A stretch of 51,007 bases of DNA, taken from a virus. Taxonomy: Duplodnaviria > Caudoviricetes. Shown here in pieces: positions 9,170 to 17,827 of this stretch; within the stretch, counting starts at the first letter, position 1; every line of letters starts with the position of its first letter. The translations under genes were made by a program, and so were the position numbers. Below the pieces are notes generated by a model, which saw only the letters and a program-made list of their open reading frames with translations, did not search any database and had not been told where the DNA came from. Location: positions 1 to 51,007 of IMG/VR virus record IMGVR_UViG_3300010376_000045. The stretch is one strand, 5' to 3'.

Positions 9170-9654
9170 AGGAAATTCCACTAACTCGTGGGCAAGTAGC
9201 TCTTGTTGACGACCGAGACTATCCCAATCTTGTGCAGTGGAAGTGGTGTGCTCGGTGGTCTGTTCATTTGAGGTGTTTTTATGCTGGCCGAGGCATTCGC
9301 CGAAATGGACAGCATAGAGAGATTAAGATGCATCGGCAAATTTGCGGACTTGATTTTGGCGATAAGCGACAAGTGGATCATATTGATCACAACACGCTTA
9401 ATAACTGCCGATCTAATTTGCGTGTTTGCACGCATGCCGAGAATCTTCGGAATATGGCAAAGCATAAGAAGAATACGTCTGGTCATAAAGGAGTGAGTTG
9501 GTCAAAAGATAAGGAATGTTGGAGAGCGGAAATTCGCGCTAACAATAAACACATTTTTATAGGCTGGTTTCAGATTCTTGAAGATGCATGTGAGGCATAT
9601 CGTGAGACGGCAAAAAGGATTCACGGTGAATTTGTGTTTAAGGAGGTTGCTTGA
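9166..9654 (+). CDS. HNH-AP2 homing endonuclease
   Basis: VDHIDHNTLNNCRSNLR HNH motif and NTSGHKGVSW...IHGEF AP2 domain; AT-rich. Confidence 0.9.
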   Translation: MKEIPLTRGQVALVDDRDYPNLVQWKWCARWSVHLRCFYAGRGIRRNGQHREIKMHRQICGLDFGDKRQVDHIDHNTLNNCRSNLRVCTHAENLRNMAKHKKNTSGHKGVSWSKDKECWRAEIRANNKHIFIGWFQILEDACEAYRETAKRIHGEFVFKEVA

Positions 9655-11711
9655 TGAAATCTAGTACATGGCAGCCCCCAGATATGCTTGCGTCGGGACA
9701 AGATAGGGCGGGATGGGCAGAAGATCTCGTCCAAGAAGGAGAAAGATGGTTAGGACAGCAGCCAAGCTATAAGGACCTCAACCGCTCTATCGACCTCATT
9801 GCCGGCAAGCCGGATGTGGCTTCGCAGGAGAACCGCTCCAAGTTGACCACTAATAGGGCCAAGCGCAGCCTGCGCGAGATCATCGGCACGCTTTCGGATA
9901 CTCGCTATCTTGACAGCTTCACCACCGACAATAAGGCCTTCACCGACGAAGCTGAGATGCTGAACAAGATCGCGAAGGCGATTTACTACGAGTCGAGCTT
10001 CGATCGCGCCATGAAGGGTTGCGTGCAGTGGATGTGCGCTGGCGGATCGGGCTACATTTGGCCGGTCTATCGGTCGACCAGGATGGGCCCTGGCGCTTCT
10101 CGGGCGATTTGCTTCGATGTCTATGGACCTTGCGACGTGTTGCCCTTCATGATGCCGCAGAACAATGACATTCAGGCCTGCTATGCGGTGACCGTGATTC
10201 GCATGATGCCGCTGCCCGAGGCACACTCCAAGTTTCCCGCCTTCCAGCATAAGCTCAAGGCTGTCGGCAAGCGTCGCTTCAATGCGTCGACGGTGGTGAC
10301 GACGCGCATGGCCATGATCGAACGCTGGCGCATGGGCAATCAGGAGAAGGGGCCATGGTCGCAGAACTACTGCGAGATCCGCTATACGCTGATCCGGGAT
10401 ATGCGCCTGAACACTACGCACATGCCAGTGCCGATGGGGGATGCTGGATCCAGTTGGGCCTATGTAGTGCCGTTCCTGGGCATGGATATCCCCAGCCGGG
10501 AGACCGAGCCGGGAGTCGACGGCAAGATGCAGCGCAAGCTCAAGGCGGCCTCCGAGGAGGATTGTTATCTCTATCCCAACATGCGCCTGATGATTACTGC
10601 CTCGGGTGTGGATGTGCCGCTCTATGACGGACCGGCCTTCGATTGGCATGGACGATTCCCGGCGCGATTTTCGGTGGATGACTGGCCCTGGGAGCCGCTG
10701 GGGTATTCGCTGGTGCGTGACGTGTACGACATGGAGCGGGCGCGGCAGTTCATGGAGCAGACCATTGACATGGTTGCTAAAGCTCGGATGGATCCTGGTT
10801 TGGCTTATGACATGAATGCTGGCCTCAATGCCGGCAACATGGACGATCTCGATCCCTGGGAAGTCCGCAAGCGTTTGGGCGTCGACGGCGACCCGTCGAA
10901 GGTGATGACCACGCTGGTGCCACGGGACCTGATGGAGGTTCCGGGCTGGGTGATGGAGTGGCGCAAGGAACTTGCCGACATGGAGGACTACCAGCTCGGC
11001 GTGAACGCCATGTCGAACCTGACCAAAGCCAAGATGAACGTGGCCCAAGAGGGCATGGAGAAGTTGCTGGAGATGGCAGGCCCGTTGGTCAAGGACATCT
11101 CGCGATCGATGGAGCCGCCCATGCGCGACGTGATGGAGATGACGAAGTACGATATCCTCCAGTATTTCGACACCGCAAGAACTATGCGCTACGTGGGGCC
11201 CGACGGAATGAGCGAGATGGTGTTCGACTTTGATCCGTCGACGCTGGTGCCGTCGCACATGATGAACGAGGACAAATCGAATCCGACCGTTTTCGGCTCG
11301 AGGATGGAGCGGGCCAAGATCTTTGCTGAGAACCTCCGCTTGTCGATTACGCCATATTCGCTGCATGCGGTGACGCAGACCCAGCAGAAGCTCATGATGC
11401 TGCAACTCTTCCGCAGCGGCTTCCCGATCTCGCCGGATACTGTTGCCCGAGCCCTGGACATGCCCAACTGGGGCTCGATCGACGGCAATACGGAACTGGA
11501 TCGCTGGCAGAACTGGAAGAAGATCGAAGTCGAGTTTGCGGCCCAGATCAAGGCTCTTGGGCAAAGCCTGCTGGGCACGCCGCAGGCGGGTGTGGGTGAT
11601 GGGGGAGGCCCGAAGGCAACTGGGGGCAGGCCGCCTAGCGGGAAGAAGCCCATTCATTCTGAACTCAAGGCTGGTGCGCTAGGGCCTCGAGCAGTAGTGA
11701 GCCAAAGCTAA
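9651..11711 (+). CDS. Portal protein
   Basis: 686 aa following the terminase; size, position and a Gly/Pro-rich tail fit a podovirus portal. Confidence 0.75.
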   Translation: MMKSSTWQPPDMLASGQDRAGWAEDLVQEGERWLGQQPSYKDLNRSIDLIAGKPDVASQENRSKLTTNRAKRSLREIIGTLSDTRYLDSFTTDNKAFTDEAEMLNKIAKAIYYESSFDRAMKGCVQWMCAGGSGYIWPVYRSTRMGPGASRAICFDVYGPCDVLPFMMPQNNDIQACYAVTVIRMMPLPEAHSKFPAFQHKLKAVGKRRFNASTVVTTRMAMIERWRMGNQEKGPWSQNYCEIRYTLIRDMRLNTTHMPVPMGDAGSSWAYVVPFLGMDIPSRETEPGVDGKMQRKLKAASEEDCYLYPNMRLMITASGVDVPLYDGPAFDWHGRFPARFSVDDWPWEPLGYSLVRDVYDMERARQFMEQTIDMVAKARMDPGLAYDMNAGLNAGNMDDLDPWEVRKRLGVDGDPSKVMTTLVPRDLMEVPGWVMEWRKELADMEDYQLGVNAMSNLTKAKMNVAQEGMEKLLEMAGPLVKDISRSMEPPMRDVMEMTKYDILQYFDTARTMRYVGPDGMSEMVFDFDPSTLVPSHMMNEDKSNPTVFGSRMERAKIFAENLRLSITPYSLHAVTQTQQKLMMLQLFRSGFPISPDTVARALDMPNWGSIDGNTELDRWQNWKKIEVEFAAQIKALGQSLLGTPQAGVGDGGGPKATGGRPPSGKKPIHSELKAGALGPRAVVSQS

Positions 11712-11738
11712 CACCGTTACAGTCTGAGAGGTAAAACA

Positions 11739-11930
11739 ATGGAGCAATTTGATCTGCTCTCGGTAGCGTGCGGAGGCGGACGAAATTCTGCCATGATTTT
11801 GGGCATGTACGAGCATCAGATCAAGCCGGACATGATTTTGTTTGCCGACACCAAAGGAGAAAAGCCAGAGACACGCCCATTCCGTGTATGTGCTTTGATG
11901 GGGACGATGATGAATAAACGATATGTTTAA
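11739..11930 (+). pseudogene. Truncated PAPS-reductase-family gene fragment
   Basis: SVACGGGRNSAM...PDMILFADTKGEKPET matches the PP-loop N-terminus; unrelated sequence follows. Confidence 0.6.
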
Positions 11931-12101
11931 AGCGGGGCAAGGAATCTGACAATGACAGAGCCATGCATAGTAATCGGGATCAGTTTCCAGGCTCCGCTGG
12001 AAGTGAATCATTACATCCACCACGAACCCTGCTCTTCTGAGCCGCAGGGACGTGCCTTCTTCACCTTTCAACTCGACCGATACAAATCAAGAGGAGAGAA
12101 C

Positions 12102-12419
12102 ATGTCGAACAGTATGGCTATCAACACTACTGCCACTCTATCGGTAGAGTGGGTAGATCAGGCAGGCAACCCCGCAACGGTAGACGGAGACACCTCATGG
12201 GCGAGTTCCGATGACACCATTGCCACCGTCACCGTGGACGGCACCGACTCGCTGAAGGCGAGCGTGAACTCCACCAGCAAAATCGGCCCGGTGCAAATCC
12301 AGGCCACCGTGGATGCTGATCTTGGCACAGGCGTCAAGACCATCACTGCCGTTTGCGATATCAGCGTGATCGCCGGCGAGGCATTCGGGGGAACCATCAC
12401 CTTCACTCCGCCCGCGTAG
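12102..12419 (+). CDS. Ig-like (Big_2-type) domain protein
   Basis: SD GAGGAG; DQAGNPA..SWASSDDTIATV motif; ORF is open from 11952. Confidence 0.7.
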   Translation: MSNSMAINTTATLSVEWVDQAGNPATVDGDTSWASSDDTIATVTVDGTDSLKASVNSTSKIGPVQIQATVDADLGTGVKTITAVCDISVIAGEAFGGTITFTPPA

Positions 12420-12430
12420 GACGAATTGGC

Positions 12431-12655
12431 ATGAATTCACCCAACAATGGAATTAATGGCGACTTTCCCCGTTTCGTGAAGCAGGCGTTTATCAAGAACG
12501 AGTTTCCGCCCAAGTCGGATATCCAGAAGGTGCTCGAGATGTGTCAGGAAAACAAGATTCCGGGCAAGCTCGAAGTCCATCTGGCCGGCAATGGCGGAGT
12601 GACGGCGATCACCTACTGGGAGCGTCATCCGGTCGAAGTTGAAAATTCCGATTGA
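12431..12655 (+). CDS. Hypothetical protein
   Basis: 74-aa ORF with SD AGGA. Confidence 0.5.
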   Translation: MNSPNNGINGDFPRFVKQAFIKNEFPPKSDIQKVLEMCQENKIPGKLEVHLAGNGGVTAITYWERHPVEVENSD

Positions 12656-12662
12656 ATATTTC

Positions 12663-12691
12663 TTGACTTTCAAAGTAACCCGTTTTAAGGT
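12663..12691 (+). promoter_or_regulatory. Putative promoter for the head genes
   Basis: TTGACT-17 bp-TAAGGT in an AT-rich intergenic stretch. Confidence 0.5.
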
Positions 12692-12746
12692 GACTTGCGA
12701 AGATTCTTCTGCGGCCTTCAGCACAGACTGATTGGATTCGAGAATG

Positions 12747-12780
12747 GCTTCAAAGCCGAAAAGGCTTTGAGGCCTTTTCT
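12747..12780 (+). terminator. Terminator-like hairpin in the head-operon leader
   Basis: GGCTTCAAAGCC GAAAA GGCTTTGAGGCC followed by TTTTCT. Confidence 0.5.
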
Positions 12781-12814
12781 GTTTTGCACCCAAAAATTCT
12801 CCAAGGAGGATGTT

Positions 12815-12877
12815 ATGGCTCGCAAGCATGTTGGTCAGAAGCGCCGTCACCACAAGGGCGGGAAGCGGAAGAAGTAG
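12815..12877 (+). CDS. 20-aa highly basic peptide
   Basis: Strong SD AAGGAGG; MARKHVGQKRRHHKGGKRKK. Confidence 0.55.
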   Translation: MARKHVGQKRRHHKGGKRKK

Positions 12878-12911
12878 CACTCTCGAACCGAAAGGCAGAA
12901 GGAGAACGCAC

Positions 12912-13007
12912 ATGGCCCATCGTGGGAAGTATGTTGGCAAGAAGCATCGGGGTGGCAAGCGTGGCCGCCTCAAGATCGTGGGTGGAAAGACCCTGAAGGG
13001 CAAATAG
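12912..13007 (+). CDS. 31-aa highly basic peptide
   Basis: SD AAGGAG; MAHRGKYVGKKHRGGKRGRLKIVGGKTLKGK. Confidence 0.55.
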   Translation: MAHRGKYVGKKHRGGKRGRLKIVGGKTLKGK

Positions 13008-13011
13008 CCGC

Positions 13012-13278
13012 ATGGCGACGCCTCCCATGCTGCCTCCGCCAGGGGCCGCCGGACCCGGTGGTCCCGCAGGACCTGGACCCGGACCGGGTGCTGGTCCTGG
13101 CGGGGGCATGCCCGCTTTTGCCATCTTTGCGCAGTTGACGCAACTCTCCCAGCGTATGGCTTCGCAATTTCCCATGACGTCTCCTATGGCGGAGCAGATT
13201 CAGAACCAGATCCGCATGGCGGTCTCGAAGGTTGCGGAGTCGCAGCAGCCGCAACAGCAGCAGGTGCCACCGATCTAG
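13012..13278 (+). CDS. Gly/Pro/Gln-rich small head-region protein
   Basis: 88 aa directly upstream of the scaffold gene. Confidence 0.6.
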   Translation: MATPPMLPPPGAAGPGGPAGPGPGPGAGPGGGMPAFAIFAQLTQLSQRMASQFPMTSPMAEQIQNQIRMAVSKVAESQQPQQQQVPPI

Positions 13279-13287
13279 AGGTAAACG

Positions 13288-14085
13288 ATGGATGCAAAGC
13301 AGTTCTTGATGGAACAGGGCTACTCGGAAGCTGACGCCACCACGCTTGCTGGCGACGAGAAGATGTCAAAAGTCATTACCGGCGCGATCAGCCGCTGGAC
13401 CGAGGCGGACCAGTTGAAGAGAGAGGCCGAAGAGGCCACCAAGAAGCAAAACGATTTCTGGACCGGCGAGGCGGTGCCGGCCCTGACCAAAGCCGAAGGC
13501 CGGGTGGCTACCGCGGAAGCGGAACGCTCGAGACTTCAGAGCTACCTCAAGAGCCTCAAGGACCAGGGCTACGATGTGCCAGCGGAATACCTGGGCGGAG
13601 CATCTGCAGTTAGTACGCCGGCTACGAAGGTCGATAGTACTCCGCCCTACGTGACCCGCGACGAGCTGACCGGGCAGTTCATGAGTGCGGCTGATTCCCT
13701 CACCTTGATCCAGGACCTGAACAACGAGTACCACGGTCTGTTCGGGACTTTCCCCACCTCGCTCAATGCGGACTTCAAAGAAGCCCAGGCGGCACGGCGA
13801 CCGCTGCGCGACTACGTGCGCGACAAGTACAAGTTCCAGGACAAGCGGGCGGAGATCGAGGCCAAGAAGTTGCAGGACACCATCGATGCCAAGGTGCGCG
13901 AGCAGATATCGGTGAAAGAGAAAGAACTGGCCGCCAAGTACGGGTCGAACCCGGATCTGCGTGTACAAATTCCCTCCAAGTTCGATTCCGTCAAGACCGG
14001 CGAAAACAGGGACTCGTGGAAGACGTCGGCGGGGCGCGACAAGGCCCGCAAGGATCGTCTCGATCGATTCCAGAACATTCAGTAA
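13288..14085 (+). CDS. Putative capsid scaffolding protein
   Basis: Charged, helical 265 aa directly upstream of the capsid gene. Confidence 0.65.
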   Translation: MDAKQFLMEQGYSEADATTLAGDEKMSKVITGAISRWTEADQLKREAEEATKKQNDFWTGEAVPALTKAEGRVATAEAERSRLQSYLKSLKDQGYDVPAEYLGGASAVSTPATKVDSTPPYVTRDELTGQFMSAADSLTLIQDLNNEYHGLFGTFPTSLNADFKEAQAARRPLRDYVRDKYKFQDKRAEIEAKKLQDTIDAKVREQISVKEKELAAKYGSNPDLRVQIPSKFDSVKTGENRDSWKTSAGRDKARKDRLDRFQNIQ

Positions 14086-14153
14086 GGGCACCTCGGCGAT
14101 GTGAACTTGTTGCCGAGGATCCCCGCAAAAACAAGTTGTAAGGAGCAGAGATC

Positions 14154-15317
14154 ATGGCACAAGACCCGACCTATGGTGGAGATCTTCAGGCCAGTACCCT
14201 GGATGACATGGTGGCGGACGTCGCCTACCAGAATTTCTTCACAGGTACAGCCAAGCAGGCATACCTCAGAGCCATCGGTGCGGTGGACCCTTTTGACGGC
14301 GGCGTGATGATGAGAGAGCCCTTCGTCATGAATCGCCCCCAGGGCGGAGCCACTGCTCCCGGTTCCAACCTCACCATCTCGCATGTTCAGCAGCTCGCCG
14401 ATCTGGCTTTTATCGAGAAGCTCTACACCACTCAGGACTTAATTGAGACCTTCTCGCTGATGACCCAGAACCGGGGCGCGGCCCGTAAGGTGGATCTGCT
14501 CGAGCTTTACTCGGAGCAGGCCATCGAAGCCATCAACACTGACGTCGAAGTGGATTCCTACCATCACGGGCAGGCGGCCTCCTCGGGTCTGGTGGCTGAC
14601 GATGGCACGCTGCGAGTGAATGGCGACGCCGAGGCCATGAACAACGGTCTCGATCCATCGTGGGACGGCAATGTCTATCAGAACTACGGCAATCAGGTCA
14701 GGAATGGCGCGGTGTCATCGACTTTGAACTCAACGCCGTTCTGGTATGGCAACTCCGACGGAACCGCCGGCACCATCACTGTCGACGCCCTGATCCAGCA
14801 CATCCTCAGAGCCGCGCAGTTCGGCCACAATCCCGATATCGGCATCACCACGCCCCAGGGCTACGGGTACATCCTGGCCGCCTTGCAGCGCCAGCAGCGG
14901 TTTACCGACTGGGGTGTGGTCAAGAACGAGACCGTGCCCGACTGGACCGGCATCAACTTCATGGGCACGATGATCCACTACGACATCCTGGCCCCGGGGG
15001 TGAGTTATGGCGCGGCCTTCCCCAGCACCGTCTCGAAGACCTCGAACGCCACGGGCAAATTCACCTCGCCATCGACGGTTACGGCGCTTTCGGGCATACC
15101 GGCGTCGACTTCCTGCACGGTGGGCGAGACGCTGTTTTTCTATTCAGGGCGCTCCATCAAGTACAGGCCGACCAGTGTTCCTGAATTTTTCTTTGGAACT
15201 CGTCGCGTGCAGGTATGGAACAACAATACTGTCGATTCGTTCATTGTGAATTTGGCGCTCAATATGTACTTCACCATGCCCCGCGACAACAATCACGGTT
15301 ACGGTTTCGCAGGCTAG
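14154..15317 (+). CDS. Major capsid protein
   Basis: 387 aa; SD AAGGAG; PDIGITTP..Y and GINFMGTMIHYD resemble HK97-fold capsid motifs; position. Confidence 0.8.
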   Translation: MAQDPTYGGDLQASTLDDMVADVAYQNFFTGTAKQAYLRAIGAVDPFDGGVMMREPFVMNRPQGGATAPGSNLTISHVQQLADLAFIEKLYTTQDLIETFSLMTQNRGAARKVDLLELYSEQAIEAINTDVEVDSYHHGQAASSGLVADDGTLRVNGDAEAMNNGLDPSWDGNVYQNYGNQVRNGAVSSTLNSTPFWYGNSDGTAGTITVDALIQHILRAAQFGHNPDIGITTPQGYGYILAALQRQQRFTDWGVVKNETVPDWTGINFMGTMIHYDILAPGVSYGAAFPSTVSKTSNATGKFTSPSTVTALSGIPASTSCTVGETLFFYSGRSIKYRPTSVPEFFFGTRRVQVWNNNTVDSFIVNLALNMYFTMPRDNNHGYGFAG

Positions 15318-15329
15318 AGGAGGACGGAA

Positions 15330-16145
15330 ATGCAGGGTACTCTCAACTATCTTCCGAGGTATCTCAATGCGGTCAACTCGACCACGGCGACCGCCGCCTC
15401 CGATCCTGTGACCGGAACCGCAATCGCCACCGGCACGGGGGCTGGCCTCTACTTCGATGTGGACGATCCAACGGCGGCCTCGGTGTCGAACACGGCCATT
15501 GGTTTGCTCTATGGCGGGCGCTATCGCATGGTGCAGGTGGATTCCGGCGCGACCGTCGCCAACGTGAAGCCGGGGACCGTGGCCGCGTTCGCGATGGGCC
15601 AGAGTGTGCAGAACGTGGCCATTGTGACCGCCGGGACCGGGCAAACCAACGGCACTTATGTGGCCAACGCTTCGTCAGGTTCGGCGCAGATCGTTTACAC
15701 CATCGCGGGCGGAGCCCTGACTTCGGTGCAGCTGGTCAATGGCGGGGCAGGCTATAGCTCGGTGCCGACTTTCACCATCGCCGCCGGAGGCACGCCCGGG
15801 ACGGTAGCCGCGCAAATGAGCGTGACCCCCAACCGGGTGACCTCCTGGGATCAGGGCTGGGGCACCGGCGCTACGGCGGTGCCGTTGCGTGGCGTGTTCC
15901 TGAATGCGATCACTCCCGGCAACTACGGATTCATCCAGGAGGGTGGCAAGGCGACGGTCTTGGGCGCGGCGGCTATTGGGTCATCGCCCAACATCGGCGC
16001 ATTGGTGCAGGCCGGCGCGAGCGGACTGGTGACGGCGGCTGGTGCCAACACCCAGGGCGTGGCAACACTCGGCTATGCGCTCGATCTGCCTGCGAACTCA
16101 ACTCTGTTCCGCACCATGCTGACGCTGCCCAACTTCCAAGGGTAG
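15330..16145 (+). CDS. Putative capsid decoration/cement protein
   Basis: Follows the capsid gene; GRYRMVQV and ITPGNYGFIQEGG motifs; carries a beta-rich insert. Confidence 0.55.
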   Translation: MQGTLNYLPRYLNAVNSTTATAASDPVTGTAIATGTGAGLYFDVDDPTAASVSNTAIGLLYGGRYRMVQVDSGATVANVKPGTVAAFAMGQSVQNVAIVTAGTGQTNGTYVANASSGSAQIVYTIAGGALTSVQLVNGGAGYSSVPTFTIAAGGTPGTVAAQMSVTPNRVTSWDQGWGTGATAVPLRGVFLNAITPGNYGFIQEGGKATVLGAAAIGSSPNIGALVQAGASGLVTAAGANTQGVATLGYALDLPANSTLFRTMLTLPNFQG

Positions 16146-16167
16146 CCGGCCCATAGAAGGAGGACTC

Positions 16168-16746
16168 ATGGGCAACGTGAATGTGAAGGGCTATCCAGAT
16201 GTCTGGGGCAAGCACAAGGTTTCGATCGTGGATCACACCGGGCCGGTCTCCCTTCCGGCTGGTGGCGAGGTCTTGGGGCCTTCCTCTACCTATGGTGGTG
16301 TGAATCCCTTCGGGACCTCGAGCTATGACTTCGTGCTGGCGTCGACGTCTATCAGCGGAAACTATACTGCTGTCTTTCAGCCCAGCGGCACCGGACAGCG
16401 GACGACCGGTAACCTGATCTGGCAGTTCACGGGCGCGAGCGGAGCCAACGGAGTCGCCTCGGTGACGATTGCCACTCCAGGCTCGGGACAGACGAACGGG
16501 ACATATACCGCCAACGCTTCTTCGGGCACGGCGCAGATCCAGTACACCATTGCGGGAGGCGCGTTAACGACGGTGAAAGTCCTCAATCCCGGCGGACCCT
16601 ACGCGACGCCTCCCACTTTTACGATTGCGGCGGGTGGAACTGCGGGAACAGTGACGGCGACCCTGGGTTCGATCGAGGGCATGCCGGTGGGGCCGGGAAC
16701 GAACTTGAGTGGCGAGACGATCCGGTTGCTTGTCATCGGCAAATAG
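16168..16746 (+). CDS. Structural protein (decoration-like)
   Basis: HTGPVS..GGE and GTNLSGETIRL ends; shares an internal domain with 15330-16145. Confidence 0.55.
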   Translation: MGNVNVKGYPDVWGKHKVSIVDHTGPVSLPAGGEVLGPSSTYGGVNPFGTSSYDFVLASTSISGNYTAVFQPSGTGQRTTGNLIWQFTGASGANGVASVTIATPGSGQTNGTYTANASSGTAQIQYTIAGGALTTVKVLNPGGPYATPPTFTIAAGGTAGTVTATLGSIEGMPVGPGTNLSGETIRLLVIGK

Positions 16747-16763
16747 TCCAGAGATAGACACGG

Positions 16764-16796
16764 GAGCCGCTCAATTGGTTTTGGGCGGCTTCTCTT
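16764..16796 (+). terminator. Rho-independent terminator-like hairpin
   Basis: GAGCCGCTCAA...TTGGGCGGCTT then CTCTT, after the capsid cluster. Confidence 0.5.
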
Positions 16797-16817
16797 GCGT
16801 TGAGAGGGTCGCAATTT

Positions 16818-17819
16818 ATGTTTGCTGACATGCTCTTTGAGCTAACCGGGTCGGTGCCGGGACTGGATTCGCAGCTTGCGGCCACCCTCGCCAAGGAAGC
16901 CTGGAGCGATATCCGTAAGTTGGGCGGGTGGAGTTTTCAGCTCTTCACCGGCGGCTTTGCCACGCCTCCCCTGGTGAGTGCCGGGACGGTGTCCATCGTC
17001 TACGGGCAGCCTACCGTGGTCGGGGACGCGACTGCGGCGGCCTCCTGGCAGGCGGCATCGTATCCGGGGAACTTCCTCTCGCAGCGACAGTTCAGGATTA
17101 TCGGCGGGACCATCTACAACATCATCGCCTTCGACGGCGCGAACACCATCACCCTCGACCGCAACTACACCGACCGGCTGCCCAGCTTGACCGGCTTCAA
17201 TCTCGGCCTCTCCTACATGATTTATCAGCCCTACCATGTGGTCCCGTTCAAGGACTGGCGGCGTTATCTTGCGGTGCTGGACGTGACTAATGTGAACTGG
17301 CTGCGCGTGAAGGGCGAGCGGGCCAAGGTGGATATTGCAGATCCGCAGCGGCAGATCTTTTCCAATCCCCTTGAACTGGTGCAGTACGGGGTTGATCAGA
17401 GGCTCAGCTCGGCCACTCCGGGTTGGGTGGTGTTGGAACTTTATCCGCACCCCACGCAGATGTACACCTACGGGACCTGGGGGGAGCGATTCAGGACTGA
17501 TCTTGATTTAGTGAACATGTCGGACGAGCTACCGGTGCCGATTACCGAATCGACAGTGAAGGCGAAGGCCAGGATACGCGCCTATGAGTGGGCGGAAGCC
17601 AACAAGGATCCCGCCAATCCCCGCGGAGCCGGCGCGGACTTCCGTTTCCTCCTGGGCGTGGCGCAGGCCGAGTATCGCGACTCGCTCCATGATTGCCGCA
17701 AACGCGATCGCGACGCTGTGGACATTTTTAACCGCACTATGACCCGGCTGGGAACGCCGGCTCCGCTGCCTTGGTACAACCAGTCGACCGGACAGCTCAC
17801 CAGTTCCAACCTTGCGTGA
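16818..17819 (+). CDS. Putative head-tail adaptor / tail tubular protein
   Basis: LELYPHP motif and position after the head genes. Confidence 0.5.
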   Translation: MFADMLFELTGSVPGLDSQLAATLAKEAWSDIRKLGGWSFQLFTGGFATPPLVSAGTVSIVYGQPTVVGDATAAASWQAASYPGNFLSQRQFRIIGGTIYNIIAFDGANTITLDRNYTDRLPSLTGFNLGLSYMIYQPYHVVPFKDWRRYLAVLDVTNVNWLRVKGERAKVDIADPQRQIFSNPLELVQYGVDQRLSSATPGWVVLELYPHPTQMYTYGTWGERFRTDLDLVNMSDELPVPITESTVKAKARIRAYEWAEANKDPANPRGAGADFRFLLGVAQAEYRDSLHDCRKRDRDAVDIFNRTMTRLGTPAPLPWYNQSTGQLTSSNLA

Positions 17820-17827
17820 GGAAAAAG

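Noticed and set aside
9750-11657. Long antisense ORFs (635 aa here; also 27654-28955, 32884-33903, 34840-35781)
   Set aside because: Shadows of GC-rich coding strands with no protein-like motifs
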